Positions 28,959-39,265 are shown, counted from the first letter of the stretch. The stretch: DNA of 64,000 nucleotides from Fibrobacteria bacterium (GCA_050486505.1 JBJHDK010000001.1:19383-83382), one strand, 5' to 3'. A program made the numbers and translations. The notes: generated by a model not told the origin, from the sequence alone.

Positions 28959-30287
28959 ATGCACGTCCTCGAAATCCTGGGCTGGGAGAGCTTGCTCATC
29001 CTTTCCCTGATCCTGGTCAACGGATTGTTCTCCCTGGCTGAAATTTCCCTGATCTCGAGCCGGCGAACGCGCTTGCAGCACCTGTCCGAATCGGGCGACG
29101 GCAGCGCGGCCCGCGCGCTCGATCTGCTCGCCAGGCCGGGCAAATTCCTGGCGACGGTGATCATCGGCGTCAACATCACGGCCATGCTCGTGGGTGCGTA
29201 CGGGGGCGTCGCCGTGGCCGCCCGCCTCGAGGAGGAAGTGCGGGGGGTGGCATGGTTGGCGGATCATGCGCAGGGGTTCTCCCTGGCCGTGGTCATCGCC
29301 CTGCTGACCTATGTGCAGATCATCTTCGGGGAACTTGTCCCCAAAACGCTCGCCTTGAGGCATCCCGAAACATTCGCCCGCCTGGTCTCGCGTCCGATGG
29401 ACCTGCTCAGCCGCCTCGCGGCGCCCCTGGTGTTGTTGTTGAACGCGACTTCCGAAGGGCTTTTGCGTCTCTTCGGCTCTCGCCCGTCCCCGGAGGCGGC
29501 GACCGTGACCGGAGAGGAAATCGCCCTCATGCTCGCGCAGGGGGCGCGCGAGGGAGTTTTCCACAGCAGCCAGCACGAGATGATGGAGAGCGTGATCGAA
29601 ATGGGTGAGCGGCGCATCACGGCGCTGATGACGCCCAAACCCGACATCGAGTGGCTTGATAGCACCGCCGACCTGGCGGAAATGAGGTCCCTGCTCGCGG
29701 CGCATCCCTATTCGCGGTTTCCGGTGTGCCGCGGCAGCTTCGACAACATCCTCGGGGTCGTGCACGCCAAGGATCTGCTCGCCCGGTTTTTGGGCGGGCG
29801 TCCCCTTGACCTGGAGGCGATGGCCAGGCCGGTGCCGGTGATCCCCGATTCGGTGAACGTGCTCAAGGCGCTCGAGGCCTTCCGCGTTTCGGGCGAGACC
29901 ATGGCCTTCGTCTCGGACGAGTACGGGAGCGTGCTGGGCCTGGTCACTCTGGACGACGTGCTGCGGAACATCCTCGGCAGCACGGTGGCGAACCATGCCT
30001 CCGACGGAACGGACCCCGATGCCGTGTTGCATTCGGACGGATCCTGGTTGGTCGAAGGCACCAAGCCGCTCGACGAGATTGAGGAATTGATCGGCGACCA
30101 GGACGCCTTTTCGCGCGAGGACGAGGAGAATTACCAGACCTTGGGAGGGTACGTCATGGGTCGGCTCGACCGCATTCCATCGGAGGGCGATGTCTTCGAC
30201 AGCGGGGGGTGGCGCTACGAGGTCGCGGCCATGGAGGGGAACAGGGTGGAGAAAGTCGTGATCCGGAGAACCGGAAACAATGGGTGA
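28959..30287 (+). CDS. Hemolysin-family CNNM/CBS/CorC membrane protein
   Basis: NGLFSLAEISL, FGELVPK, CBS pair (YSRFPV, DEYG), CorC domain YQTLGGY. Confidence 0.92.
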   Translation: MHVLEILGWESLLILSLILVNGLFSLAEISLISSRRTRLQHLSESGDGSAARALDLLARPGKFLATVIIGVNITAMLVGAYGGVAVAARLEEEVRGVAWLADHAQGFSLAVVIALLTYVQIIFGELVPKTLALRHPETFARLVSRPMDLLSRLAAPLVLLLNATSEGLLRLFGSRPSPEAATVTGEEIALMLAQGAREGVFHSSQHEMMESVIEMGERRITALMTPKPDIEWLDSTADLAEMRSLLAAHPYSRFPVCRGSFDNILGVVHAKDLLARFLGGRPLDLEAMARPVPVIPDSVNVLKALEAFRVSGETMAFVSDEYGSVLGLVTLDDVLRNILGSTVANHASDGTDPDAVLHSDGSWLVEGTKPLDEIEELIGDQDAFSREDEENYQTLGGYVMGRLDRIPSEGDVFDSGGWRYEVAAMEGNRVEKVVIRRTGNNG

Positions 30288-30340
30288 AGGGTGACTTCGT
30301 CGTCGCTTGTTCGCCCGCGGCGGCCCCACGCGCCTCAGTG

Positions 30341-30383
30341 CCCGATTCCCGATTCCCGATTCATAATTCCCAATTCATAACTT
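30341..30383. repeat. One-sided ATTC(CCG/ATA) heptamer array before the PASTA gene
   Basis: cccgattcccgattcccgattcataattcccaattcataactt. Confidence 0.7.
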
Positions 30384-30389
30384 TCCCCC

Positions 30390-30746
30390 ATGCCCTCGCC
30401 CCGGTCCTTTCTCACAGCATTCATCGTCTGGCTCGGCGGGCTCGTCGTCCTCTTTTTGGTCATCGATTTCCTCGTCATGCCCTGGGCGGCCGGCAAGTTC
30501 CGGCCCACGGTGGAGGTTCCCGCAGTGACGGGGATGGATCCCGCGCTGGCCGAAGACCGTCTGCGCGAGCTCGGGTTGCGGTTCGCGCATGAACGCTCCG
30601 CGGATGAGCACAGCATCTTGGTGCCGCGCGGGCTCGTTCTCACGCAAACGCCCGCCGCCGGCGCGCAGGTCAAGGCGGGCCGCCGCGTCTGGGTGGGCCT
30701 GAGTCTGGGACGCGAACCGTACGTCGTTCCCGACGGCGGCTCATGA
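30390..30746 (+). CDS. Single PASTA-domain membrane protein
   Basis: N-terminal TM helix, then VEVPAVTGM...A...L...GL...VP.G.V..Q.P.AG..VK.GR.V...SLG. Confidence 0.85.
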   Translation: MPSPRSFLTAFIVWLGGLVVLFLVIDFLVMPWAAGKFRPTVEVPAVTGMDPALAEDRLRELGLRFAHERSADEHSILVPRGLVLTQTPAAGAQVKAGRRVWVGLSLGREPYVVPDGGS

Positions 30747-32515
30747 TGCGCCCCGGCGCGCGTGCGCTGCTCGTCGCGGCCCTTGCCTTCGGTGGCGCCG
30801 CGCACCCCGCGTCAGGGGAGGAAACAGGGCGCGGCGCGGCCCGCGCGCTGTTCCTGGAAGCCCGGCAGCTGGAGCGGGCCGGCGACCATGCCGCCGCCCT
30901 GGAGCGCTACCGCGCGGCCTTCCATGAAGACCCCGTCAGTCGCGATCTCTGCTTCGTGCTCACCGAGCGGTTGAAGGATGCCGGAGACCTCGAGGAGGCG
31001 CTGGAAACGGGCGCGGCCTGCCTCGGCCTGCCGGGGGACACCCTGTACACCGACCATCGCCTGCTGGGCGAAATCGCCCTGCGTGCCGATGACCTCGCGG
31101 TTGCGCTGCACCACTACCGTGCGGCCTACGCCCTCAACCCGGGTGACGGCGACGTGCTCTTCATGCTCGCGGGCCTGCTCGAAGAAACCGGGGAGCAGGA
31201 TTCCATCTATCTCGAGGTCCTCGAGGCGCTGCTGCCCAGGCTGAACTATTCCCCGCGGCTGATGGATCGCGCCCTGCGAGCCTACGCCCTCGCGGGGCGG
31301 GTGGGCGAGCTGGTTCCCTTGCTGCAAGCGGCCTGGGAGCAGGAGCGCCACCCGCACCACGGTCGCGTGCTCGCGGCCTGGTACGACGCCGAGGGTCTTC
31401 CGCTGTCGGTTCTGGGCGTCGCCCGCGAGCTGGCGGCGATCGATCCGTCGCCCGAGCACGACTGGTTGCTCGCGCGAGCTTATCACGCCTGCGACCGCCC
31501 CGACTCCGCGCTGGTGTTGTTCGAACGGTTGGCGAAGGCGCACCCGGACAACTCCGAAATCGTGCATTCGCTGGCGCGGGTCCTCTTCGAGCGCGGGCGC
31601 TACCGCGAGGCGCGCACGGCGGTGCTCCCCCTGTTGCGACGCGACGACTTCGATCGCGCCCGCGTGGCGTTCCTCGCGGGGGCCATCGACATCGAACTCG
31701 GGCGGCGCGGAGGAGAAGACCTGATCCGCGAGGCGGCGGAACTCGAGCCCGATGTGCCGGGCTACAGGAGCTGGCTTGCGTATGCCGAATACGTCAGGGG
31801 CGGGCGCGGTGCGCGCGCGCGCGCCGAGGAGCACCTCGCGCCCGGTTCGGGCGCCGGTCTCGACGAAGAGGGAGCCCTGTGGTTCGAGGCGATGGCGCGG
31901 GGCATGCTGGCGCGGGACCTCGTTCCCGCCGAGCCGTGGGAGCGCCCGCGGCGCTTCACCGATGCCGCCGAAGCCCGCCGCCACCGTCGCGTCGCCGTCG
32001 AGCGCCTCGAAGCGCTCCTCGACCGCGTGGAGGATCCGCGTACCGTGTTGTTCGAGTTGGGCGCGCATCTCGAGCGGCTCGGTGAGCGCGAACGCTCGCT
32101 CGCCGTGCTGCGCCGTCTCGTGGAACTCGATCCTGACCACACCCTCGGCCTGAATTACCTCGGTTATACCCTCATCGAGCCCGACGCCCCCCCGGCCGAG
32201 GATCTCGCCGAAGCCGGGCCGCTCATCCGCCGCGCGCTCGAACTCGACCCCGAGAGCGGGGCCTATCGCGATTCCTGGGGCTGGTGGCACTATCGCAACG
32301 GCAACCTTGATTCGGCGCGGGTATGGCTCGAGCGCGCCCTCGAAAGCATGCCGCACGATGCCGAAGTGCTCGCCCACCTGGCAGAAGTCGCCCTGGCGCA
32401 GGGCGACATCACCGCCGCTTGCGGTGCGTGGCACGCCTTGCGGAGCATCGATCCGCGCAGGGATCCGATGCCGGAGTGCCCCGAAGCACCGGCGCAACGC
32501 GGGCGGCGGCGGTGA
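30743..32515 (+). CDS. Secreted tetratricopeptide-repeat protein
   Basis: Signal peptide, TPRs, C-terminal LNYLGY...ALEL.P......DSWGW..Y..G motif. Confidence 0.88.
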   Translation: MMRPGARALLVAALAFGGAAHPASGEETGRGAARALFLEARQLERAGDHAAALERYRAAFHEDPVSRDLCFVLTERLKDAGDLEEALETGAACLGLPGDTLYTDHRLLGEIALRADDLAVALHHYRAAYALNPGDGDVLFMLAGLLEETGEQDSIYLEVLEALLPRLNYSPRLMDRALRAYALAGRVGELVPLLQAAWEQERHPHHGRVLAAWYDAEGLPLSVLGVARELAAIDPSPEHDWLLARAYHACDRPDSALVLFERLAKAHPDNSEIVHSLARVLFERGRYREARTAVLPLLRRDDFDRARVAFLAGAIDIELGRRGGEDLIREAAELEPDVPGYRSWLAYAEYVRGGRGARARAEEHLAPGSGAGLDEEGALWFEAMARGMLARDLVPAEPWERPRRFTDAAEARRHRRVAVERLEALLDRVEDPRTVLFELGAHLERLGERERSLAVLRRLVELDPDHTLGLNYLGYTLIEPDAPPAEDLAEAGPLIRRALELDPESGAYRDSWGWWHYRNGNLDSARVWLERALESMPHDAEVLAHLAEVALAQGDITAACGAWHALRSIDPRRDPMPECPEAPAQRGRRR

Positions 32516-33252
32516 AGCCCGCCATGTCGCCACGCGGCCGGACCGGTGCGCTTCTCGTCCCGTGCATGATGGCCTTGTTCGCCGCCTGCGCTCCGCCCCT
32601 GCAAGACCCCTGGGGGCGCGACCTCGGGCGCGGAACTGACCCGGGGGATCCCCCCGCACTCCCCGAACGCATCGAAGCCGACCTCGAACTCATTCCCCGC
32701 GAGCGCGGCTCCGCCCCCTTCAACGCGCGGCTCTACGCCGAGCCGGGTCGGCGCTATCGCATCGACTTCATCGCCTTCACGGGATCGATCATCGCGAGCT
32801 GGGGATGGGAGGGGGGGGACTGGATCCTCGTCAGGCACGACACGCGCACGGTGCGGCGCGGCAGGGGAGACGCGCTCGAGCTCGATGGCGTGCGGGCGCG
32901 GCTGCCCGACGTGCACGCGGTTCTGGGGTTTCTGTGGGGCCGCCCGCTGCCCGGGGTTCCGGGCGCGGACCCGCCGCACCTCGAAGGCGGCCTCCTGCAC
33001 TGGACGCATGGGGGCGAGCCTTGGGACGCGCGCATCGACGCGTCCACCGGGCTGGTGCGGCGGGTGCGCTCGCCGGGGCTCGCGTTGCGCTACGCGCGCC
33101 ACCGCGCCCGCGGTCCGCTGGTGATCGCGGAGGAAGCCGAACTCTTTCTCGACGGCGAATCGGCCCTGCTGCTGCGGGTCGATGCCTGGACCGCCGCTCC
33201 CGCGTGGGGGAGGGATCCGTTCGGGGTGAGGGTGCCGGGGAGTTATGAGTGA
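32512..33252 (+). CDS. Putative lipoprotein (LolA/LolB-like or DUF4292-like fold)
   Basis: Lipobox LFAA-C, beta-rich, follows the TPR gene with GTGA overlap; alternative start ATG 32524. Confidence 0.6.
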   Translation: MKPAMSPRGRTGALLVPCMMALFAACAPPLQDPWGRDLGRGTDPGDPPALPERIEADLELIPRERGSAPFNARLYAEPGRRYRIDFIAFTGSIIASWGWEGGDWILVRHDTRTVRRGRGDALELDGVRARLPDVHAVLGFLWGRPLPGVPGADPPHLEGGLLHWTHGGEPWDARIDASTGLVRRVRSPGLALRYARHRARGPLVIAEEAELFLDGESALLLRVDAWTAAPAWGRDPFGVRVPGSYE

Positions 33253-33286
33253 GGAGTGGAGAGTTACGAGTTACGAGTGAGGAGTG
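33240..33286. repeat. One-sided GAGT(TAT/TAC/GAG) heptamer array
   Basis: gagttatgagtgaggagtggagagttacgagttacgagtgaggagtg; contains the stop codon of the upstream gene. Confidence 0.65.
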
Positions 33287-33343
33287 CTGCCGTCTCCGTC
33301 ACCATTGTCTTTTCTCTCCCTGCGATCTAACTTTCCGCGCCTC

Positions 33344-33420
33344 GGTGGACGTAGCTCAGTTGGTAGAGCAATGGATTGTGGTTCCATTGGCCGGGGGTTC
33401 AAGTCCCCTCGTTCACCCCA
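33344..33420 (+). tRNA. tRNA-His (GTG)
   Basis: G(-1)GTGGACGTAGCTCAGTTGGTAGAGCAATGGATTGTGGTTCCATTGGCCGGGGGTTCAAGTCCCCTCGTTCACCCCA; encoded G-1, C73 and CCA. Confidence 0.96.
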
Positions 33421-33463
33421 CCCATTCACGCGTGTAACCTTCCGGCAACGTCCGGAGGGGACG

Positions 33464-33493
33464 AACCCCTGGAGACTTCTCCGGGGGTTTTTT
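33464..33493 (+). terminator. Intrinsic terminator after tRNA-His
   Basis: AACCCCTGGAG-ACTT-CTCCGGGGGTT followed by a T-run. Confidence 0.75.
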
Positions 33494-33916
33494 CATGGAA
33501 TTCGGCCCCTTGATCACCCCGTAGCCTGTTATCGTATCCTGCGAAAAAACGGGGTCATTTTGCCGTGACACGATTGCAAACTTTTTATGTGGAGGGAGAA
33601 CGATGGCAGATGACGACTTTCGTGGAGCCAATGGAAGTGCCTTTTTTGTGTCAATTATGCTGAAATTGCCAAAGTGGCGTACCTTCCGCAACTGTTATCA
33701 AGGGCAAGGCAGCCATCTCCAAAGCCGACAAAGTGTTATCACCATCATCGGCACCGTCGTTTTCCTTCCCGTGTGTTTTGGGGGCGAGCTATATTTGAGT
33801 CCAGAATCGCGGAAAATCATGGATTCAAAACAAATTCGAAACACTTCTATGACATCCACGACACCCTTCGCCATTTTGACGAACATCGCCGGGCCGGCTG
33901 ACGCGGCGGTGTCGGC

Positions 33917-35182
33917 ATGATCGCGATCGCCCTGATCACCCTCACGGCAGCGCTGGTCTCGATGTTCGTCCTGGGCCTGCTGGCGCGTTCCCCGCTCGCC
34001 CGTTATTTCGCCGACCGCCCCGATCATCGCAAGGTTCACCAGACGGTCATTCCACGCCTCGGAGGCGTGGGCATCGCGGCGGCCTTCGTGTTCTTCCTTG
34101 CAGGCGCCACCATCCTGCAGCTCTGGAGTCCCGAGCCCCGGTTTTTCGGGGTCTTTTTGTTTACCGCCATCTTCCTCTTGGTCGCGGGGGGGCTCGACGA
34201 TGCCTACAACCTCGGGTACAAACTGAAGTTCATGCTCCAGTTCGTGCTGGCCACGGTGGTGGTGATCGTTTTCCGCGTGCATCTGGAGCAGGTCTCCTTT
34301 CTGGGCTACCTCATGCCGGTGGGCGACATGGGACTGGTGGTCTCCATCTTCTGGATGGTGGCGGTGATGAACGCCGTCAACATCATCGACGGCATCGACG
34401 GGCTGGCGGGCGGAGTCTCGCTCCTGGGCGTCATCGGCGTCGCCGCGCTCGCCTACATGGCGGGGGCGAACGAAATCGTTTGGGTCTGCCTCGCGCTCGC
34501 GGGCGCGACTTTGGGCTTCCTTCGCTACAACATGGATCGTCGCCGCAAGATCTTCCTGGGTGACACCGGCTCCCAGTTCCTGGGCGCCTCGCTCGGTCTG
34601 CTGACATTGCAGATCCATGCCCTGCCGACGGTGAACCACAGCATCCTCATTCCCCTGTTGCTGGTGGGATACCCGGCGCTCGACACCTCCGTCGCCATGG
34701 CGCGGCGCTTTTTGCGCTCGCGCAGTCCCGATCTCGGCGGGCGGGTCGCAAGCATGTTCAAGGCGGACAACGGACACATCCATCACCGCCTGGTGTATTC
34801 GGGGCTCTCGCACGTGCAGGCGACCTCGCTGCTGATGCTGCTGACATCGGGCTTCGTGGCCACGGCGGTGATCGCGCCCCAGGTCAGCTGGATGTGGGAA
34901 GCCGGCATCGTGGCCTACTTCGCGCTGGCGCTGCTCTTCATGCTGCATCGCCTGGGATTCATGCCGCAAGGGACCGTGCGCCGCCTCGTCACCTTCGTGC
35001 TCGGCGGCGAACTTCCGGACGTGAAGTCGGAGCGTCATGCGGCGCTGCGTTACGTTCCCGTCCACGCAAACCGTGTCGTGCTGCCGGAGGCGGATGCCGT
35101 CATCTCCGGAGCGGTGGCCGACCCGTCTGCGCGGGCTACGCGCACTGACACCCGTCCCGCGATCGAGACGCGGGATTTCTGA
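33917..35182 (+). CDS. WecA/TagO-like undecaprenyl-phosphate HexNAc-1-P transferase (MraY/Glycos_transf_4 family)
   Basis: DRPDHRKVH..IPRLGG, GGLDD, NAVNIIDGIDGL, IFLGDTGS, DNGHIHHRL. Confidence 0.92.
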   Translation: MIAIALITLTAALVSMFVLGLLARSPLARYFADRPDHRKVHQTVIPRLGGVGIAAAFVFFLAGATILQLWSPEPRFFGVFLFTAIFLLVAGGLDDAYNLGYKLKFMLQFVLATVVVIVFRVHLEQVSFLGYLMPVGDMGLVVSIFWMVAVMNAVNIIDGIDGLAGGVSLLGVIGVAALAYMAGANEIVWVCLALAGATLGFLRYNMDRRRKIFLGDTGSQFLGASLGLLTLQIHALPTVNHSILIPLLLVGYPALDTSVAMARRFLRSRSPDLGGRVASMFKADNGHIHHRLVYSGLSHVQATSLLMLLTSGFVATAVIAPQVSWMWEAGIVAYFALALLFMLHRLGFMPQGTVRRLVTFVLGGELPDVKSERHAALRYVPVHANRVVLPEADAVISGAVADPSARATRTDTRPAIETRDF

Positions 35183-35185
35183 CGC

Positions 35186-35656
35186 GTGCCGGCTGCCAGA
35201 AAGCACCGCGCCCTCATTGTGGGGCGGACGGCGCTGGGCCGGGAACTGCGCGAAATCCTCAACGGCTACGGGTATTTCGTCGAATACGGCGGCACGCGTC
35301 AGGAGGGCCTGCGCCTCTTCCGCGCCCATCGTCATGCGCTGGTGATTCTCGGCGTCGATACGATCACGGGCTTTCCCGAACGCCTTTTCCGCTTCTTTCA
35401 CTTGATCCATGACAAGGCCATCGTGCTGGTCGCCTGCGACCGGCAAAGCGATGCGATGGCGGCGCGCTACGTCGTGTGGGGTGCCGACGACGTGCTGCGC
35501 CTGCCCATCCAGCGCGAGAGCCTCAACCTGATGCTCACCCGTGCCTCCACCTACCACCGCGACATGGTGCGCGACACCTTCCGCCGCCAGTTGCTCTGGT
35601 TCGGGGCGGCCATGCTGCCCCTGTGGGCCATGCTGGCGTATCTTGCCCTGCGTTGA
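35186..35656 (+). CDS. Hypothetical protein: degenerate receiver-like domain plus C-terminal TM helix
   Basis: CheY-like beta/alpha pattern ending GADDVLRLP, no acidic pocket, hydrophobic C-terminus. Confidence 0.6.
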   Translation: MPAARKHRALIVGRTALGRELREILNGYGYFVEYGGTRQEGLRLFRAHRHALVILGVDTITGFPERLFRFFHLIHDKAIVLVACDRQSDAMAARYVVWGADDVLRLPIQRESLNLMLTRASTYHRDMVRDTFRRQLLWFGAAMLPLWAMLAYLALR

Positions 35657-35815
35657 ACATTTCTCCCGGTAACCCGTGATTTTCCCTTTCCCGGATGCGG
35701 TTGCAGGGGGCGACTATTCTAAATTGCCTGCCTTCCGTGCGGTGCGGCAGTGTGCCTGCCTCCCGGGAGCGGATTCGCACCAGCGACGGGTGCCCGGCCA
35801 AAAAGGAGTTCTTGC

Positions 35816-38800
35816 GTGAATCGATTGTTGCTCGCCGCCTGCGCCCTCTTGATTGCAGCTCCCTTCTCACCGGAGGCCCAGGTCACTCCTGCTCCCGAAC
35901 AGATCGAGCGTGCCCTTGACGCGATCCAGTCGGGCGAATTGCAATTGACGCCTGATCTCATCGACCGTGCGCGGCAGGAGTACCCCGAACTGCGGGACGT
36001 CCCTGATTCCGAAATCCGCAGCCGTGCAGAAGAATTGCGGCAGAACACGCCCGAAGATGCGGCCGGGCGTCGGCAACAGGCCGAAGATTTGGCCGGGGAG
36101 CTCGAAGACTTTACCGATGAAATGGAAGAGTTCCCCGCCGAAAACGGCGAAGAGGTTGCCGAAAACGGTGAGGCGAACGAAGAGCTGACCCGGCAAGAGG
36201 GGGAGACGGAGAGCGAGTTTCTTTCACGTCGTGAGAGCGACGTGCGCGGGCAAGGTGTGGGGCCGGGTGGGCGTTTCCCGTTCGGCAGCCGCCGCTTCGG
36301 GGCCGACTTTTTCAACAATGCCCAGTTGGGGGAAGGGCTCGGGCCCAACGCCCCCACCTTGCCCGAGTATGTGCTCTCGGCGGGTGACCAGATCGAGCTG
36401 TACATCTGGGGCCGCGAGAGCCGCAGCCTCACCGTGACCCTCGACAAGGACGGAATGTTCAAGTTCCTCCCGCTCGAGCCCTTCCGCGTGGCGGGCATGA
36501 CCTTCCTCGAGGCGCAGGAGCTCATCACCAACGAGATCGAAAAAATTGCCGGCCTGCGTGTCTCCGTGGGCCTCGGCCGCGTGCAGAGCATCCGCGTCAT
36601 GGTCGTCGGCGAGGCCACGCGCCCCGGCTCGTACGTGCTCCCCGGCGGCATCACCGTCACCGGTGCCCTGTTCCGCAGCGGCGGCGTGTCGTCGATCGGC
36701 AGCATGCGCAACATCGAAGTGCGGCGCGGCAACGAGATCGCGGTGCGCTTCGACCTCTACGACATTCTGCTCAAGGGCGATGTGAGCGGCGACATCCAGT
36801 TGTTGCCGGGCGACGTGATCTTCGTGCCCATCGCAAAGAAGCAGGTCGCTGTGCAGGGCACTGTCAAGCGTCCCGCGATTTACGAAGTTCCGAACAACTT
36901 TCGTGCCCTTGATGCCGTGGAACTGGCAGGAGGCTTGGCCTCCACCGCCCACAAGGGGCGTATCCGCCTCGACCGCATCGAGGGGAACAAGCGCAAGGTC
37001 GTACTTGATGTCGACATGGAGAAAGTCACCCCGCGCACCAATGCGGTTCTCGAAGACGGGGACATTCTCTTCGTGGATCGCGTCCTCGATCGTCTCGAGC
37101 AGGTGGTGTACCTCACCGGGAACGTCAACCGCCCCGGTCGCTATCAGTACACTCCCGGGATGACGGTGCGCGACCTGATCAAGTCGCGCGATGACCTTCG
37201 CCCCGAGACCTTCTTTGAGTATGGCCACATCCGTCGCCCGTCCCCGGAAGATGACCGTCCCACCTTGCTGAACTTTTCCTTGCGCGATGTCCTTGATGGC
37301 AGCGCCCGAGTCCAGTTGCAGCCGCGTGACGAAGTCGTGATCTACAACCGCTACCAGGTGCTGGAGCGCCCCTCGGTCCGTATCACCGGTTCGGTCCGTA
37401 ACGGCGGCGAGTTCCTGTACAAGGAGGGGATGCAGATCTCCGACCTTGTGATCCTCGCGGGCGGCCTCACCGACGCCTACCTGCCCGAGACCCATCTGCG
37501 TCGTGCAGTGTATGACGCCGAGAGGGATACGACCTTCGTGCGCCTGATTCGCATCAACCTCAGGGAAGTTCTCGAGAATCCGAAGTCCGAAGCCAATCTG
37601 CGCGTCAATCCGTTTGATTCTTACACGATTTTCTCCCGTTCGCAGTTCGAACCCTCCAACCCCGTCAGCATTGCCGGCCCGGTGCGCCGCACGGGAACGT
37701 TCTCGCTGGCCGACTCGATGCGCATCACCGACCTGATCGTTCAGGCGGGCGGTTTGGCGGAGGCAGCGCACACGCTTGAAGCCCACTTGCGCAGGCGGGT
37801 TTACGACACCGAGCGCGACACCACATATACCGAACTGACGCGCGTGAACCTTCGCCGTGCACTTGAGACCCCCGGCGGAGAGCACGATCTGGTGTTGCGC
37901 CCCCACGATGCCCTTCGTGTTTTCAGCCGCAGATTGTTCGAACCAAGCCGTAGTGTCGCCATCACGGGGGCGGTTGCCAATCCCGGGCGTTATTCGATGG
38001 TGGAACAAATGCGCGTGAGCGACCTGATCGTGTTGGCGGGCGGCTTGCGCGACGCGCACCTGCTCGAAGCGCACCTCACGCGCAGGGTCCCGGTTCCCGA
38101 GCGCGACAGCTCCTATCTGACCTTGGTCCGCGTGAACCTCAAGGAAGCCATCGAGGATCCCGAAAGCTGGGAGAACATCACCTTGCGCCCCTTCGACTCG
38201 CTCCGCGTGCTGCCGCGCAGCCAGTTCCAGTTCGGGCGCTCGGTAACGATTCGCGGTTCGGTGCGCAGCCCCGGCGACTACAAGCTGGTGGAGGAGATGG
38301 ATATTCCCGCCCTCATCAACATCGCGGGGGGGCTCACCAAGAGCAGCTTCAAGCTCGAGATCGAGGTGGTGCGTCGCAACATCGTTGCTGACAGCGTCAT
38401 GACACGCACCTTGAAGCGTCTGCGGCTTGTCGATATTCTCGAGGGCAAAGAAGGCTTCGCCCTGCAAGACGGCGACGGCATTTACATCCGCGACATCGTG
38501 CAATACCGCGAGCGCACCACGGTCACGTTGCAGGGCGAGTTCAACTTCCCGGGCGTGTACGAGTTCGTGCCGGGAGAGACCATCAGCAGCGTGATCAAGC
38601 GCGCGGGCGGGTTCACCCCCGAGGCCTATGTGCGCGGCACGGTGTTCCTGCGCCAGAGCGTGCGCGACCAGCAGTTGCGTCACGCCGAGGAGGTGGGGCG
38701 CCGCGTCGAATCCCAGTTGCAGGCCGCCCTGCTGCAGGCCACCCGCGATGCCGACCGTACCCTCATTTCGGCCGCCATCCAGCGAAATTCCTTCATCGTG

Positions 38801-39265
38801 TCCGAAATCGCCCAAGCCCCGCACCTGGGCCGAGTGATCGTGCGCGTCGACAAGGACCTCAGGTTCGCCGGCAGCGACTGGGACATCCCGCTTGAGGAAG
38901 GCGACGTGATCCAGGTGGGGCCGCGCGTGAGCACGGTCTCCATCCTCGGCGAGGTGTACTCGCCCACCACCGTGATCCACACCCGTTCCACCAACACGGT
39001 GGGCAAGAGCCTCAACCGCGCGGGCGGGGTGAACAACTACGGTGACTACAAGAACACCTATTACGTCGACCCCGACGGAACCATCTCCACCCCGCGCACC
39101 ACTGCCTGGTTCATGAGCTTCCGCGCCAAGCGGGTGCACCCCGGCGGCAGCGTGATCGTGCCGCTCAAGCCCCCGCCCAAGGACTACCTCGAGGCCTGGG
39201 TGCGCGGTACGCAGGTGCTCTACCAGCTGGCCATTACCGTGGGCGTGGCGAGGAACCTCTTTTGA
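35816..39265 (+). CDS. Polysaccharide export protein with Poly_export and multiple SLBB domains (KpsD/OtnA-like)
   Basis: RBS AAGGAG before GTG 35816, signal peptide, FG..FF, EYVLSAGD, repeated G.V..PG.Y...DLI..AGGL units. Confidence 0.92.
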   Translation: MNRLLLAACALLIAAPFSPEAQVTPAPEQIERALDAIQSGELQLTPDLIDRARQEYPELRDVPDSEIRSRAEELRQNTPEDAAGRRQQAEDLAGELEDFTDEMEEFPAENGEEVAENGEANEELTRQEGETESEFLSRRESDVRGQGVGPGGRFPFGSRRFGADFFNNAQLGEGLGPNAPTLPEYVLSAGDQIELYIWGRESRSLTVTLDKDGMFKFLPLEPFRVAGMTFLEAQELITNEIEKIAGLRVSVGLGRVQSIRVMVVGEATRPGSYVLPGGITVTGALFRSGGVSSIGSMRNIEVRRGNEIAVRFDLYDILLKGDVSGDIQLLPGDVIFVPIAKKQVAVQGTVKRPAIYEVPNNFRALDAVELAGGLASTAHKGRIRLDRIEGNKRKVVLDVDMEKVTPRTNAVLEDGDILFVDRVLDRLEQVVYLTGNVNRPGRYQYTPGMTVRDLIKSRDDLRPETFFEYGHIRRPSPEDDRPTLLNFSLRDVLDGSARVQLQPRDEVVIYNRYQVLERPSVRITGSVRNGGEFLYKEGMQISDLVILAGGLTDAYLPETHLRRAVYDAERDTTFVRLIRINLREVLENPKSEANLRVNPFDSYTIFSRSQFEPSNPVSIAGPVRRTGTFSLADSMRITDLIVQAGGLAEAAHTLEAHLRRRVYDTERDTTYTELTRVNLRRALETPGGEHDLVLRPHDALRVFSRRLFEPSRSVAITGAVANPGRYSMVEQMRVSDLIVLAGGLRDAHLLEAHLTRRVPVPERDSSYLTLVRVNLKEAIEDPESWENITLRPFDSLRVLPRSQFQFGRSVTIRGSVRSPGDYKLVEEMDIPALINIAGGLTKSSFKLEIEVVRRNIVADSVMTRTLKRLRLVDILEGKEGFALQDGDGIYIRDIVQYRERTTVTLQGEFNFPGVYEFVPGETISSVIKRAGGFTPEAYVRGTVFLRQSVRDQQLRHAEEVGRRVESQLQAALLQATRDADRTLISAAIQRNSFIVSEIAQAPHLGRVIVRVDKDLRFAGSDWDIPLEEGDVIQVGPRVSTVSILGEVYSPTTVIHTRSTNTVGKSLNRAGGVNNYGDYKNTYYVDPDGTISTPRTTAWFMSFRAKRVHPGGSVIVPLKPPPKDYLEAWVRGTQVLYQLAITVGVARNLF

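Noticed and set aside
26748..30329. Long alternative ORFs (e.g. 1193 aa at 26748-30329, 971 aa at 36224-39139, 843 aa at 24137-26668, 618 aa at 649-2505)
   Set aside because: These are shadow or antisense frames of well-supported genes, expected in high-GC DNA, and carry no recognisable motifs.
33675..33690. Possible sigma54 site TGGCGTACCTTCCGCA upstream of the WecA-like gene
   Set aside because: GG-N10-GC spacing is correct but the consensus match is too weak to call.
33344..33916. Genomic island integrated at tRNA-His
   Set aside because: No integrase and no duplicated tRNA 3' end seen in the window; the downstream genes have host-like composition.
33249..33920. Short ORFs across tRNA-His and the AT-rich region before the WecA-like gene
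   Set aside because: They overlap the tRNA, terminator or promoter-like sequence and have no coding-like composition.
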